From contig NC_068992.1 in assembly GCF_001194135.2 (NCBI RefSeq), positions 49,835,346 through 49,899,345 on the forward strand: a stretch of 64,000 nt of DNA, read 5' to 3'. The stretch comes from Octopus bimaculoides. Its lineage: Eukaryota. The notes under the pieces were generated by a model. It saw only the letters and a list, made by a program, of their open reading frames with translations. It was not told the DNA's origin and searched no databases. A program made the position numbers and the translations under genes. Below are positions 52,170 through 64,000 of the stretch, piece by piece (the first letter of the stretch is position 1; each line of letters opens with the position of its first letter).

Positions 52170-52738
52170 ATATATTTTTTACACATTTTTTTCTGTATTT
52201 TACCTTCCACCCTGAATTTTTTTTGTGCATGTGCGTATATAGACATGTATATGAAATGTTTTTGTGCGCGCGCGCGTGTGTGTGCGGGTATGTATATACA
52301 TTATATTTTTTGGCGTACGTGTGGGTGCACATGTGTATGTTTCAAGCGAGTGTGGCTGAATATATGCATCTAGACACATGTACGTGGTTGTGCGTGCGCA
52401 CATATGTATGTATGGACATGCGCGCATGCGCGATTGCTATGAGCATTTTTATCGCTTTATATACCTTTACACATTTTTTCTCGTTTTTACCTTTCACCCT
52501 GTCTTTTTCCTGTGCATGTGCGTATATAGACGTGTATATGAACCTTTTTTTGTGCGCGCGCGTGTGTGTGTGTGGGGGGGGGGTATGTATATATTCTGAC
52601 GTATGTGTGGGTGCGCATGTGTGTGTTTCAAGCGAGTGTGGATGAACATATGCATATAGACACATGTACGTGGATGTGTGGGCGCGCATGTGTATGTATG
52701 GAGATGCGCGCTTACGCGATTGCTATGAGCATTTTTAC
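52170..52738 (+). repeat. Direct tandem duplication, ~286-bp unit x2
   Basis: gattgctatgagcattttta at 52432 and 52718; shared internal blocks such as tgtgcatgtgcgtatatagac and tttcaagcgagtgtgg. Confidence 0.9.
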
Positions 52739-53064
52739 TCCCTAACATTTACTCCCACCCTTTACTTAGCGGTCATTCTAATAGCTCTTTTGTCTTAATA
52801 ACGGTCAATCACATAGTAATTCCCCTTTGTTTAACGGTCATTTTCATAGCATTTTTTGATGGCCCGATAACTGAAGAGATGCCGGTGCGGGTTTCTCTTC
52901 TAAACAAAACGCCCAAAAAGCATCTATTGTATATAAATGAACAAGCTGTTTGTACACTCACATAATTTTATTTGACAAGTTCTAGAAAAGAACAAAAGCA
53001 CTAATAATAAAGAAATAAAGGGATTTTTTTCCGAAATTCTGATGACTTTTTTTCTCATTCATCA

Positions 53065-53395
53065 TCATCATCATCGTTTAACGTCCGCTTTCCATGCTAG
53101 CATGGGTTGGACGGTTTCACTGAGGACTGGTGAACCAGATGGCTACACCAGGCTCCAATCTGATTTGGCAGAGTTTCTACAGCTGGATGCCTTTCCTAAC
53201 ACCAACCACTCCGAGAGTGTAGTGGGTGCATTTACGTGCCACCGGCACAAAGGCCAGTCAAGCAGTACTGGCAACAGCCACACTCGAAAAGGTGCATTTC
53301 ACGTGCCACCTGCACAGGAGCCAGTCCAGCGACACTGGCAACGACCTCGCTCGAATGTCTTTTCACGTGCCACTGGCACACTCCCTAGCACCTTG
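53065..53395. mobile_element. RTE-related 3' end repeat (catcatcatcgtttaacgtccgctttccatgc...)
   Basis: Near-identical truncated copies at 56175-56312 and 57465-57620; (CAT)n tail. Confidence 0.8.
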
Positions 53396-54319
53396 AGGTA
53401 CCTTTAGTGAAGTCCACTCTGTTGCAAGCATTTGGGCCAGGAATCTACTTTAAGGATACCTTCCTTCCTGCTTCTTACCAGTTTCAAGGGCCCTGTAATG
53501 GATCATGAGTACTGCCATTCCCTCCTAACAAAAAGGTCTAAAAAAATTGTGATTAGAACCATTTGTAGCCTAGATATTGAACAAAATTCATTTTATCCCA
53601 TTAATGGCATTGTTGTGGCTTTTACAGCGTGATAATCCTTTCATTTAGTTAACAATACTTTAAGGAAATTACTATAAAACACATTAAATACAACGTATGG
53701 AGTCTCAAAAGATCAGCTTTTTTTTAATTACTGTGTCAATCAAGTGCACAAATGCAACAAGCAACAGCTATCAAAGGTGGTGGATCTGATTTTAAAATGT
53801 ACATCACTGCTTTGTTGTTTTGTTGCTGTAGTTATTTAGCCTCAGGTTAGCTTGGATTGAACAGAACTATGATCAAAGGCTTTCTATTCTAATTGTCACC
53901 ATACCATCTTTTTATTTACTTAGGACTATATTGTCCAATGTGTCTTCCATTTTCAAGAGAGTAGACTTGATATGAATTGGTTTAGCTGTTATTTCTTGCA
54001 ACTTGAGTAACCATATAGAGACACCACTGATTTTATTTAAAAACAAAAAAGCAGGAGGAGAAAGTTGACAGTCATCTCTAAACAAAGACTATTGTGAATT
54101 CACAAACTGAGGTAGGTTTCACAACATCAATAAGACCCTTTAACATAATACAATGCTGTATTTTCTGGTATACAAGTCAGCATAGTATATAGTATAAATA
54201 TTCAAATATTGTCATTTTTTTTTTCTCCCAAATCTTGCTGCATTTCACATAAAATATTTGGTCCTCCATACATACATACATACATACATACATACATACA
54301 TCCATCAATGGAAGAGCCT

Positions 54320-54640
54320 GGCAATCCATCAGTTACAATGACAAGGGTACCAGTTGATCCGATCAATGGAACAGCCTGCTCGTGCAATTAACATGCAAGT
54401 GGCTGAGCACTCCACAGAAATGTGTAGCCTCAACATAGTACTCAGAGAGATTCAGCATGACACAGAGTGGCAAGGCTGACCCTTTGAAATACAGGTACTA
54501 CTCATTTTTGTCTGCTGAGTAGACTGGAGCAATGTGAAATAAAGTGTCTTGCTCAAGGACACAACGCATCACCAGGAATTGAACTCACAATTGCAAGGTT
54601 GTGAGCCAAATACCCTAACCACTAAACCACATGCCTTCAC
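54320..54640 (+). mobile_element. SINE family C, longest copy
   Basis: gcaagtggctgagcactccacag...tacaggtactactcatttttg...gtgtcttgctcaaggacacaacgc. Confidence 0.75.
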
Positions 54641-54804
54641 CTATATGTGTGTGTGTGTGTGTGTGGATGTATATATACATACATGTACAACCTTTGTCTC
54701 TATTCATAGAAGGGTATCATGTTATCTATTTGGAAAAAATGTATGTATGTATGTAGGTAAGTAGGTAGGTAGGTAAGTAGGTAGGTAGATAAGTAAATAG
54801 GTGA

Positions 54805-55035
54805 GTTGGCAGAAACGTTAGCACACCGGGCGAAATACCTAGCGGTATTTCGTCTGTCTTTATGTTCTGAGTTCAAATTCCACTGAGGTCAACTTTGACT
54901 TTCATCCTTTCAGGGTCGATAAATTAAGTACCAGTTGCACACTGGGGTCGATATAATCGACTTAATCCCTTTGTCTGCCCTTGTTTGTCACCTCTATGTT
55001 TAGCCCCTTGTCGGCAATAAAGAAATAAGATAAGA
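54805..55035 (+). mobile_element. SINE family B
   Basis: gagttggcagaaacgttagcacaccgggcgaaatacctagcggtatttcg...ggcaataaagaaataaga. Confidence 0.88.
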
Positions 55036-55719
55036 AAATAGGTATGTGTGAGTGTGTGTATATGTTTCTGCCTTCTTGCCTTGACATCGCATGAAAGTTG
55101 TAAAAGAGTGTCACTGTCATATAAGCAGTGTTGTTCATTTTCAAAATTCTGCGAGAATGTCTGGCCATGGGGAAGTATTACCTTACTTGGAAACAGGAAA
55201 GGCATTTGGCCAGGGAAAATCTACCTCAATAAACTCTGTTTGCCCCACGCAAGTATGGAAAAGTGAACAATAAAATGATGATGATGGTGGTGGTGGTGAG
55301 GTATATTTTTATTGCCCAACTTGTAAAGTGCCATGTAAAGTGTCTGTTTTGTATCAAATCCCTGATCAATCCTTCTCCTTGCTTTTGTATATATATATAT
55401 TTTTTGTTTGTCTTTTTTTGTGTTTTGGTTGTTCAATGTTCTTGCAAACCCCCTCCTTAGTTTTACGAGTTAGTCTACTGTATGAACGACATTGAATGTA
55501 ATTGGACGTAATTCAACGAAAATGAATAAAATTGAATGAAATTACCTTCTGTGGCTAAATAAAGAAAAGAATTTTAACATGATGATGACGATGATCATCA
55601 TAAAATACCCACCACCATCATAATCATCATCATCCCCACCATCATCATCGTCGTCACCACCATCATCATCATCATCGTCACCACCATCATCACCATCATC
55701 GCCACCACCATCATCATCG

Positions 55720-55752
<33 letters not shown>

Positions 55753-56061
55753 TACCTTTCTTGTTTCTATTTTGAATTCTCTTAATGAAATTTTCAAATT
55801 AGATAATATTCTAATCAATAAAAATTTGTTTATTTATTTGTTTATTGTTTTTAGTAATAGATTGATAGTCTAATTAAGGCAGATGGAATTATTAATGTTG
55901 GTTATCTTTAACTATTACTGATAGTGTAATTAGAAATAATTAGCTAATTAGCATTGGCAGTGACATCATTTCACACCCATGAAATTTATTCATATATATG
56001 ATACAATACCATGTGACACAGTCACGTGCAAATGGACATATACATACATACCATACATACA

Positions 56062-56094
<33 letters not shown>

Positions 56095-56309
56095 GTATAT
56101 ATATATATTCACATATATAAATTTATGTTCATACATATTAACATACATGGACATACATATATATATATATATATATCATCATTGTTTAACGTCTGCTTTC
56201 CATGCTAGCATGGGTTGGACGATTTGACTGAGGACTGGTGAACCAGATGGCTACACCAGGCTCCAATCTGATTTGGCAGAGTTTCTACAGGTGGATGCCC
56301 TTCCTAATG

Positions 56310-56379
<70 letters not shown>

Positions 56380-56639
56380 TAATCACACATTTATATACAT
56401 ATATATGCGTGTGTGTATGCATGCATGTATGTATATGTATGTAGTTTAAGATGTTTGGAATATTCCCACAAGTGCCAAAAATGAAGTCAAAACTGTGAGC
56501 TTGAAGCAGCCATGTAGAGATTTCAAATAATATTTTGAAAATGTGTTCAAACAGCCAAGATTTCAAGGGAAAGCAATGCTACGATTACCAGCTAAATGAT
56601 CAGAAATGTATAACTCTGAGTACTAGAAATTGGAACATT

Positions 56640-57375
56640 TCAGTTATAATGTGCAGTGCAGTGGGATCGAACCTGAAATAATTTTGTTGGGAAGCAAACT
56701 TCTTATCACACAACTATGTCCGTGCCTACATACAACCACATCTCCACATGGGGGGGGNNNNNNNNNNTATATACATATATATATATATATATATATGACA
56801 GGCTTCTTTCAGTTTCCGTCTACCAAATCCACTCACAAGGCTTTGGTCGGCCCGAGGCTATAGGAGAAGACACTTGCCCAAGGTGCCACGCAATAGGACT
56901 GAACCCGGAACCATGTGGTTGGTAAGCAAGCTACTTACCACACAGCCACTCCTAATATATATCTTTTATTTTTTACTTGTTTCAGTCATTTGACTGCAGC
57001 CATGCTGGAGCACTGCCTTGAACGGTTTTAGTTGAACAAATTGACCCTAGGTACATTTTTGCCAAACTGCAAAATTACAGGGACATAAACACACCACCAC
57101 CAGTTGTCAAGTGATAAAGCGGGACAAACATGGACACAGAGGGTCACACAAGCACGCATAGATATATACATATATTTATATGTATATTTATATATGTATA
57201 TATTTATGTATATACACAACAGGCTTCTTTCAATTTCCATTTACCATATCCACTCACATGGCTTTCATTGGCTCGAGGCTATAGTAGAAGACACTTGCTC
57301 AAGGTACCATGCAATAGGACTGAACCCAAGAACCATGTGGTTGGGAAGCAAGCTTCTTACCACACAGCCACACCT
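56640..57375 (-). mobile_element. Cluster of stacked SINE-A copies and fragments
   Basis: Three partial reverse-complement copies (heads ending near 56720, 56953 and 57370). Confidence 0.8.
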
Positions 57376-57385
57376 GCACCTAAAC

Positions 57386-57440
<55 letters not shown>

Positions 57441-57669
57441 TATATATATACACACATATACATATCATCATCATCATTTAACGTCCGCTTTCCATGCTAG
57501 CATGGGTTGGACGATTTGACTGAGGACTGGTGCAACCGGATGGCTACACCAGGCTCCAGTCTGATTTGGCAGAATTTCTACAGCTGGATGCCCTTCCTAA
57601 CGCCAACCACTCAGAGAGTGTATATATATATATACACACACACACATATATATATACACACATACATAC

Positions 57670-57702
<33 letters not shown>

Positions 57703-57707
57703 TATAC

Positions 57708-57738
<31 letters not shown>

Positions 57739-57967
57739 TACATATACACACACACACACACACATACATATACACACACACATACATACACACACACACA
57801 TACATATACACACACACACATACACACACACATATACACACACACACATATATATATATATACACACACACAAATACATATATATATACACATATATACA
57901 CACACATACATGTAATATATATATATATATATATATATACATACACACACGCATTTAGGTATGTATG

Positions 57968-58039
<72 letters not shown>

Positions 58040-58392
58040 TATGTGTATCTGCTAAATCCCTGCACTGAGTGTGAATGCATTTGGTAGAGTGAAAAATGTA
58101 GAAAAGTTCTATGTAATTGTCTTTGTGCTTGTTTGCCAATGCTTCATGACCGGTGTTGCCACTTCTTTCTGTAAACAGATGAAATAAGTACTAGAGTAAA
58201 CCATTGAAGATGTTGTTCCGGTATGGGTACACTTTAATGTCTGATACAAGGAAAACAATAACGATTACACATTCTTATACACATACACCATCATAATTAT
58301 CATTGTTTAAAGTCCATCCTCCATGCATGCATGGGTAGGATGGTTGACAGGATCTGGCCAGGCAGAAAAACTACATACATACATACATACAT

Positions 58393-58454
<62 letters not shown>

Positions 58455-58464
58455 NNNNNNNNNN

Positions 58465-58506
<42 letters not shown>

Positions 58507-58960
58507 GCACATATATGTATATGCATATCTATATCTATATATATATATTTGTGTGTGCATGTATATGCATAGGTATATATATGGATGTGTTTGGACAGTG
58601 TATAATACAGATGTGCAAATCTTGACCCTCATGTGATGTCCTTGATATTAAATTACCTTGATACAGATGAATCCTGCAAATAATTGTGCACACACACTTG
58701 TATGTGTTTGTGTGTGTGTGTTGGTATGCATTTGCATGTGTGAGTACCTTGGGGAATTGTAGAATGGATATATATCATACAAAGCATAAATTAACAATGA
58801 AAAAGAATGAATATTCACTAAAAAGTGTGTTAAAACCTTTCAAAAAACAAAAAGGAAGAAAGCATGAGAAGCTCTAGATAAATATCGTAAATAACTGATA
58901 AGGTTGAATATATGCTGTAGACGATCTTGTAAATAATTTATCTGATCTTGTGAAGAAATG

Positions 58961-59008
<48 letters not shown>

Positions 59009-60788
59009 CTGTATATATATATATATGATTGTATGTGTAAGTGTGCATACTCATATACTCTTTCAGTCTTTTAAAATTTCTGTACATGTATATATGTGTG
59101 TGTGTGTGTGTGTGTGAACTGTGTGTGTGTTTGTGGTGTGTGAGGGTGTGTGTGTATGTGTGTGAGGATATGCATTAACAAAAGGCATCCATTAGCAGCA
59201 TTAGACACCTGGAACAAAGAACTTGACTTGCTGAGTGAGAAAAACAATTGCAGAAACTGTAAAATGTCCGCAGGACAATGCGAATGAGATCTCTTTGTGT
59301 AACTGCGAAATGAGGTGCCTTAAACCAATACCTATAAAGAAGGAGAAGCATTGCGGTTCTTTTGAGTGCAAATACCTTTGAAATTTCATGACATCACAAC
59401 TCTGGGCAGTGCATGAGTATTTAAGGAGGCAACTGTAACCAGTTCTCAGTGTCTCCTACAACTTGTGAATGTCATTTCAGGCCGGCCAATAACAATAAGC
59501 ACATGACTTCTGCTAGCCAAGCTGTCTATTAGCAACAACTACAATGTATACCACAGAGAATAATGGAGGTAATTTGAAGGTGAATTGGTGTTAGACAATC
59601 GACAAGGATCTATATGTAATGAGCAAATGTTTGAATGAAACAATGAAGAATTCAGCTAAATGAACTTGCTTTGTCAGTCTCTTGCTTTGTTAGACATCAG
59701 TAATATCTAAGCCCATATTTAAGATGCAAGCGTACAGAAAATAAGATATAGAAGACTCGGGTATACAGAAGATATAACAGACACAGGCATACAGGAAGCA
59801 GATGATATAATTTTAGGCTAAGAGAACACAGGCACATAGAAAACAAAAAAAAACATAGAAGAATCATACACAGAGAAGATATAAAACACTCAGGTTTACA
59901 GGAAGAAGATATAGCCTTAGTATAAGAGGACACAGGTATACTGAAGACAGACACCGCAAAGAGTTTGTGCCTGGTGAGATGTGAACCTAACACTCGAAGA
60001 GGACTTTTGTCAGTGTTTTTAAGATATGATAACAAGCTTCTGGCTATAATTCAGTCCAGTTACAAATATGTAAGTCAACTCAACATTGTTACATTCACCG
60101 TCTCATTGTCACACATTTTGTTGTTTCTTATTTCTATTTACAATTCTTATTTGAATGTTGGAACCAATGTAAAACACATCATTATCCGTTTTGTTATTAC
60201 ATAAACCAGAATCAGATGTATGCATGTATACTCTGTTCTATCTGAAATCTCTCCTATAAGGAAGAACCATTTCTAACAAAGCCTGAAAAATGTATTGCAT
60301 ATTTTTTACTGTTCCACTTACAAATTGTATTTGCAATGTGCAAATTAGATGGTTGATTATTTTACTGGAATACCTAACTGATCCAGTTTATCACTTTGGC
60401 TTTTATTCACAAAATAAAGTGCATCAATTATTATTGTTTAAATATGAATTTATAATATGAATATAGAAATTGGCAGTTTCAAAGCCATTGTTTATATCTT
60501 CTTTCTTTTTGATTTTCAAAGAAATATTCACATCAGTGGGGCAGCTAACCTCTATGACTACATACATTTTCATGATTGTTCTAAACAACAATATCCTGCT
60601 TATTATGTTTACACTTGATAGAAGTTTTGGTGGGAATATTCTGCCAATGTATCTATGTGTGATGTTTCGTTGGGTTTGATTTAAGTTCTTCTTGAGAAAG
60701 TTTAAGCTGGTCGCTAATGAAGTATCAAGATTTTTTGAGCTAAGAGGCTTTCCCAGTGTTTGTGAATATGTATGCATGGATATATGTA

Positions 60789-60819
<31 letters not shown>

Positions 60820-61011
60820 AACAAAGCACATGCATACATACAAAATATATATGTATATACATGCACACATGGGGGGGGGGCAAACACAGACACAGAAACA
60901 TACACACACACATACATACATATATATATATACGACGCGCTTCTTTCAATTTCCATCTACCAAATCCACTCACAATATGTATATGCATATATGTATGTAT
61001 GTACATGTATG

Positions 61012-61058
<47 letters not shown>

Positions 61059-61066
61059 GGAGAGAG

Positions 61067-61097
<31 letters not shown>

Positions 61098-62221
61098 GAA
61101 AGAGAGAGAGAGAGAGAGAAGTGACTACTATTTATTAGATTGGATTAAGGGACCATGCTGATCTCTCTCTTGTTGAGTCATTCAAGACAGGTTTTAAGAA
61201 TAATGCCCCAGTATTTTTGGAGTGGTTTATAGGATATGTGATGGTCTCAATATTCGTTTTCCATTGTGAACAATAGAGATAAGCGAAGTGCAATACATTC
61301 GAATATAGAATGGAATCTTGGTCTTGGCCTCGCTTTACCAGAGGCTGGCCTGTTGTTCTATGGTGCACATCACCAAGCTGATTAATATTGATTTTTGCCA
61401 AATTAATGGTGATTCGCTAATTAAATCTTATGATATTAATGAGTTTGATAAATATTCGATTATGTAAATTATCCACTTAAGAATAACCAGTCATAATTAC
61501 TATGATATACACACACACACACACGCATAAACAAACTCCTTTCTCTCTATCACTTTCTTACACACATAAGTACACTCATATATACATACAAATACTCATG
61601 TACCCACATATACAACATATATAAATACATATAATACACGTGCACAAACACACATATATATGCATGTATGTATATATGCATGTATGTATATATCTATGTA
61701 TGTATTAGACCTGCTCTTTTAACATTGTAATTAATGATATTCCAAGATCAGTTTAACTGATAAATCACTTCGATTAGCACATGCCTCTTCTTTATTATCA
61801 TACTTCCTCTATTTTTCTACCTCCCCCCCTCTCCATAATTATTACTATCATTATCATCATTGATATCGGTGTTGTTTTTGTTATCATTATTGCTATCATT
61901 ATTATTCTTTATAAGCATCAGTCAGAAGTTGTATCGCTGCTTTGATGTTGTCTAACTCCAGGGTCAACCCTGATCAAACAAGCCTAAAGTCAAAGTACTT
62001 AAGCCAAGTCTGTCAAGTTTTTTTTTTTATATTCAGCAACTATATACAGTTACATTATCCAATGCGTCCCCTATTTCTAAAAAAACAGAAAAAGGACTAC
62101 AGATTAAGGACTTGTGGCGGTATATATAGGCAGTACAAGGTGTTGATGTAGCTGCATGTATGTTAATACAAGAGTTCATAAGGATATGAAAGAATAAATA
62201 CAGGATCTATATATTTACTGT

Positions 62222-62433
62222 CTTCTTTTACTTATTTCAGTCATTTGACTGTGGCCATGCTGGAGCACCGCCTTTAGTCGAGCTAATCGATCCCAGGACT
62301 TATTCTTTGTAAGCCTAGTACTTATTCTATTGGTCTCTTTTGCCGAATCGCTAAGTTAAGGTGACGTAAACACACCAGCAACGGTTGTCAGGCGATGTTG
62401 GGAGGACAAACACAGACAAATAAACATATACAT

Positions 62434-62464
<31 letters not shown>

Positions 62465-62635
62465 CATATATACGAGAGGCTTCTTTCAGTTTCCATCTAC
62501 CAAATCCACCCACAAGGCTTTGGTCAGCCTGAGGCTACAGCAGCAGACACTTGCCCAAGGTGCCACACAGTGAGACTGAACCCAGAACCATGTGGTTGGT
62601 AAGCCAGCTACTTACCACACAGCCACTCCTGCACC
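62222..62635 (-). mobile_element. SINE family A, full-length
   Basis: Complete reverse complement of the 900-1272 family. Confidence 0.9.
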
Positions 62636-62949
62636 TAAAAATATATTTCATTCTTCTTCCAATGGAATCAAATTGTAGAAACTAGCTGAAAGAAATAATC
62701 TATGCAAGAAAGTTCAGAGACAGGAAATGTAGAACAACAGCTAAGCAGTGGCTTTCAGTCATATCTGCTATAGGGTGTGGAGAAATAGATGGACAGAGCA
62801 ACGATGTAGATGGCTCTAAGTTTAATTGACTAAGGAGCGAAAAGCTGGGTTAGCAAGCTTGTTTTTATTAATGGAACGCTAGACATTCTAGAAACTTCCA
62901 AGAGAAACACGGCAAAGCTTCATAACAAGTTACTGTACAAATGTCTGCA

Positions 62950-62981
<32 letters not shown>

Positions 62982-63219
62982 TAATGATACAGTTATCAGT
63001 GATACATCTGTAGTATATAACAAGCTCATTTTATCTGTAATACACTAGGTTTTTGTATTTGCCAATCAGTATTATTTAGAGAAGCAATAAGATATGTAAA
63101 CACAAAAAATATTCCTTCATCTGCTGTGTTTAATAATTCTAACATCAGGTGTGCATATACAGTGTAATCATTACTCACTGTTTTGGTTGGAGTGCATTGG
63201 TCAGTAGAATGGTAATAGA

Positions 63220-63510
63220 AGCAGGATGGTGGCAGAGGGTAGGTTAGTGATAGTTGCTAGAGGCAGGGTAGAAGGTAGAAGGATTGTAGAGGATAAAATT
63301 GGGGATAGATAGTTGAATGATCTTGGGCAGCAAATTGGTGATAAGTGGTAGAATTGTGGTAGACTGCAGATTGATGATAAATGGTAGAACAGTGGTAGAT
63401 GGCAGATGGTGGGAGTTGGTAGAATGGTGGTAGATGGCTGAATGGTGGTAGATGGTAAAATAATGGTAGATGGAAGATGCTGGCAGATTGTAGACTGGTG
63501 GTAGATGGTA
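63220..63510. repeat. Degenerate G-rich minisatellite (TGGTAGA-like unit)
   Basis: Repeated tggtaga / tggtggtagatgg blocks. Confidence 0.7.
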
Positions 63511-64000
63511 TATCTTTTACTATTTTTAGCTATTCAGCTTTTATATTCTCTTCCATATTTCTAAGTTGTCATTGGTTGACTTTGCCATTTTTATATTTTG
63601 GTTTCCTATCTTTGTCATCATATATATGCACACACACACATACATGCAAACATGTGCAGCTGTGTATGTGTGTGCATGTGCATATCTTTGTGTTTGTCAC
63701 CAACTGGAGTTGCTGTGATTTGATTGGCTAAACCCTTCAGGCAGTGCTTCAGCATGGCCATAGTCAAATGAATGAAACAAGTAAGATAACAAAGAATAAT
63801 ACATTTTAGATGTTGGTTATCTATTGATCCTTCATCTTCTCTGAGACAGACCTTATCAATATTCCATATCAGTCTCTGCTTTTACAACTATTTTCTAAAA
63901 TTAAACCAAGTTTTCAGACAGTAGTGATTTTTATTATGTATATGATATTCAAACTCAAAACTGTTTATTTTTCCTAATTCTCTAGTGAGGCCACTCTCTC

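Noticed and set aside
52871-52930. CTGAAGA plus an AGATGC/GCATCT stem downstream of the Penelope fragment
   Set aside because: The required GAAA and cleavage triplet are absent.
900-62635. tRNA-like A/B boxes and regularly recurring conserved blocks (possible tRNA genes or a CRISPR-like array)
   Set aside because: These are dispersed SINE heads with no full cloverleaf and no repeat-spacer periodicity, in a eukaryotic context.
52-63731. Most ORFs in the supplied track ([20 protein letters not shown], poly-N/Y types)
   Set aside because: They are translations of (AT)n, (AC)n, (ACAT)n, (AG)n and (AAT)n microsatellites or run through N gaps; none has a domain signature.

Overview
AT-rich, microsatellite-saturated eukaryotic DNA with assembly gaps. 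The SINE families, RTE tails and (AT)n/(ACAT)n/(GT)n load resemble Octopus (coleoid cephalopod) DNA; this is recognition, not a database result. Only one host coding exon is well supported: the spliced terminal exon (5240-5796, +) of a divergent nicotinic-acetylcholine-receptor-like Cys-loop channel, encoding TM3, the intracellular loop and TM4. No upstream exon of it was recognised in the window. The rest is mostly decayed mobile DNA: three SINE families, RTE, CR1-like and Tx1/L1-like LINE pieces, Tc1/mariner and hAT remnants, MITEs and two Penelope-like GIY-YIG fragments. The main observations beyond annotation are: (i) minimal type-I hammerhead-ribozyme motifs, one with canonical CUGAUGA/GAAA/GUC core sequences (28750-28791) and a two-copy family with a shared CUGUUGA core variant; (ii) long near-perfect fold-backs, one just downstream of the receptor stop codon, which are candidate ADAR/siRNA substrates; (iii) weak hints of an unrecognised minus-strand spliced transcript (an X-box next to a donor-flanked exon, an insulin-receptor-like 34-nt exon, a 6-nt microexon). 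Almost all other ORFs in the track are microsatellite artefacts. Repeat boundaries are approximate.
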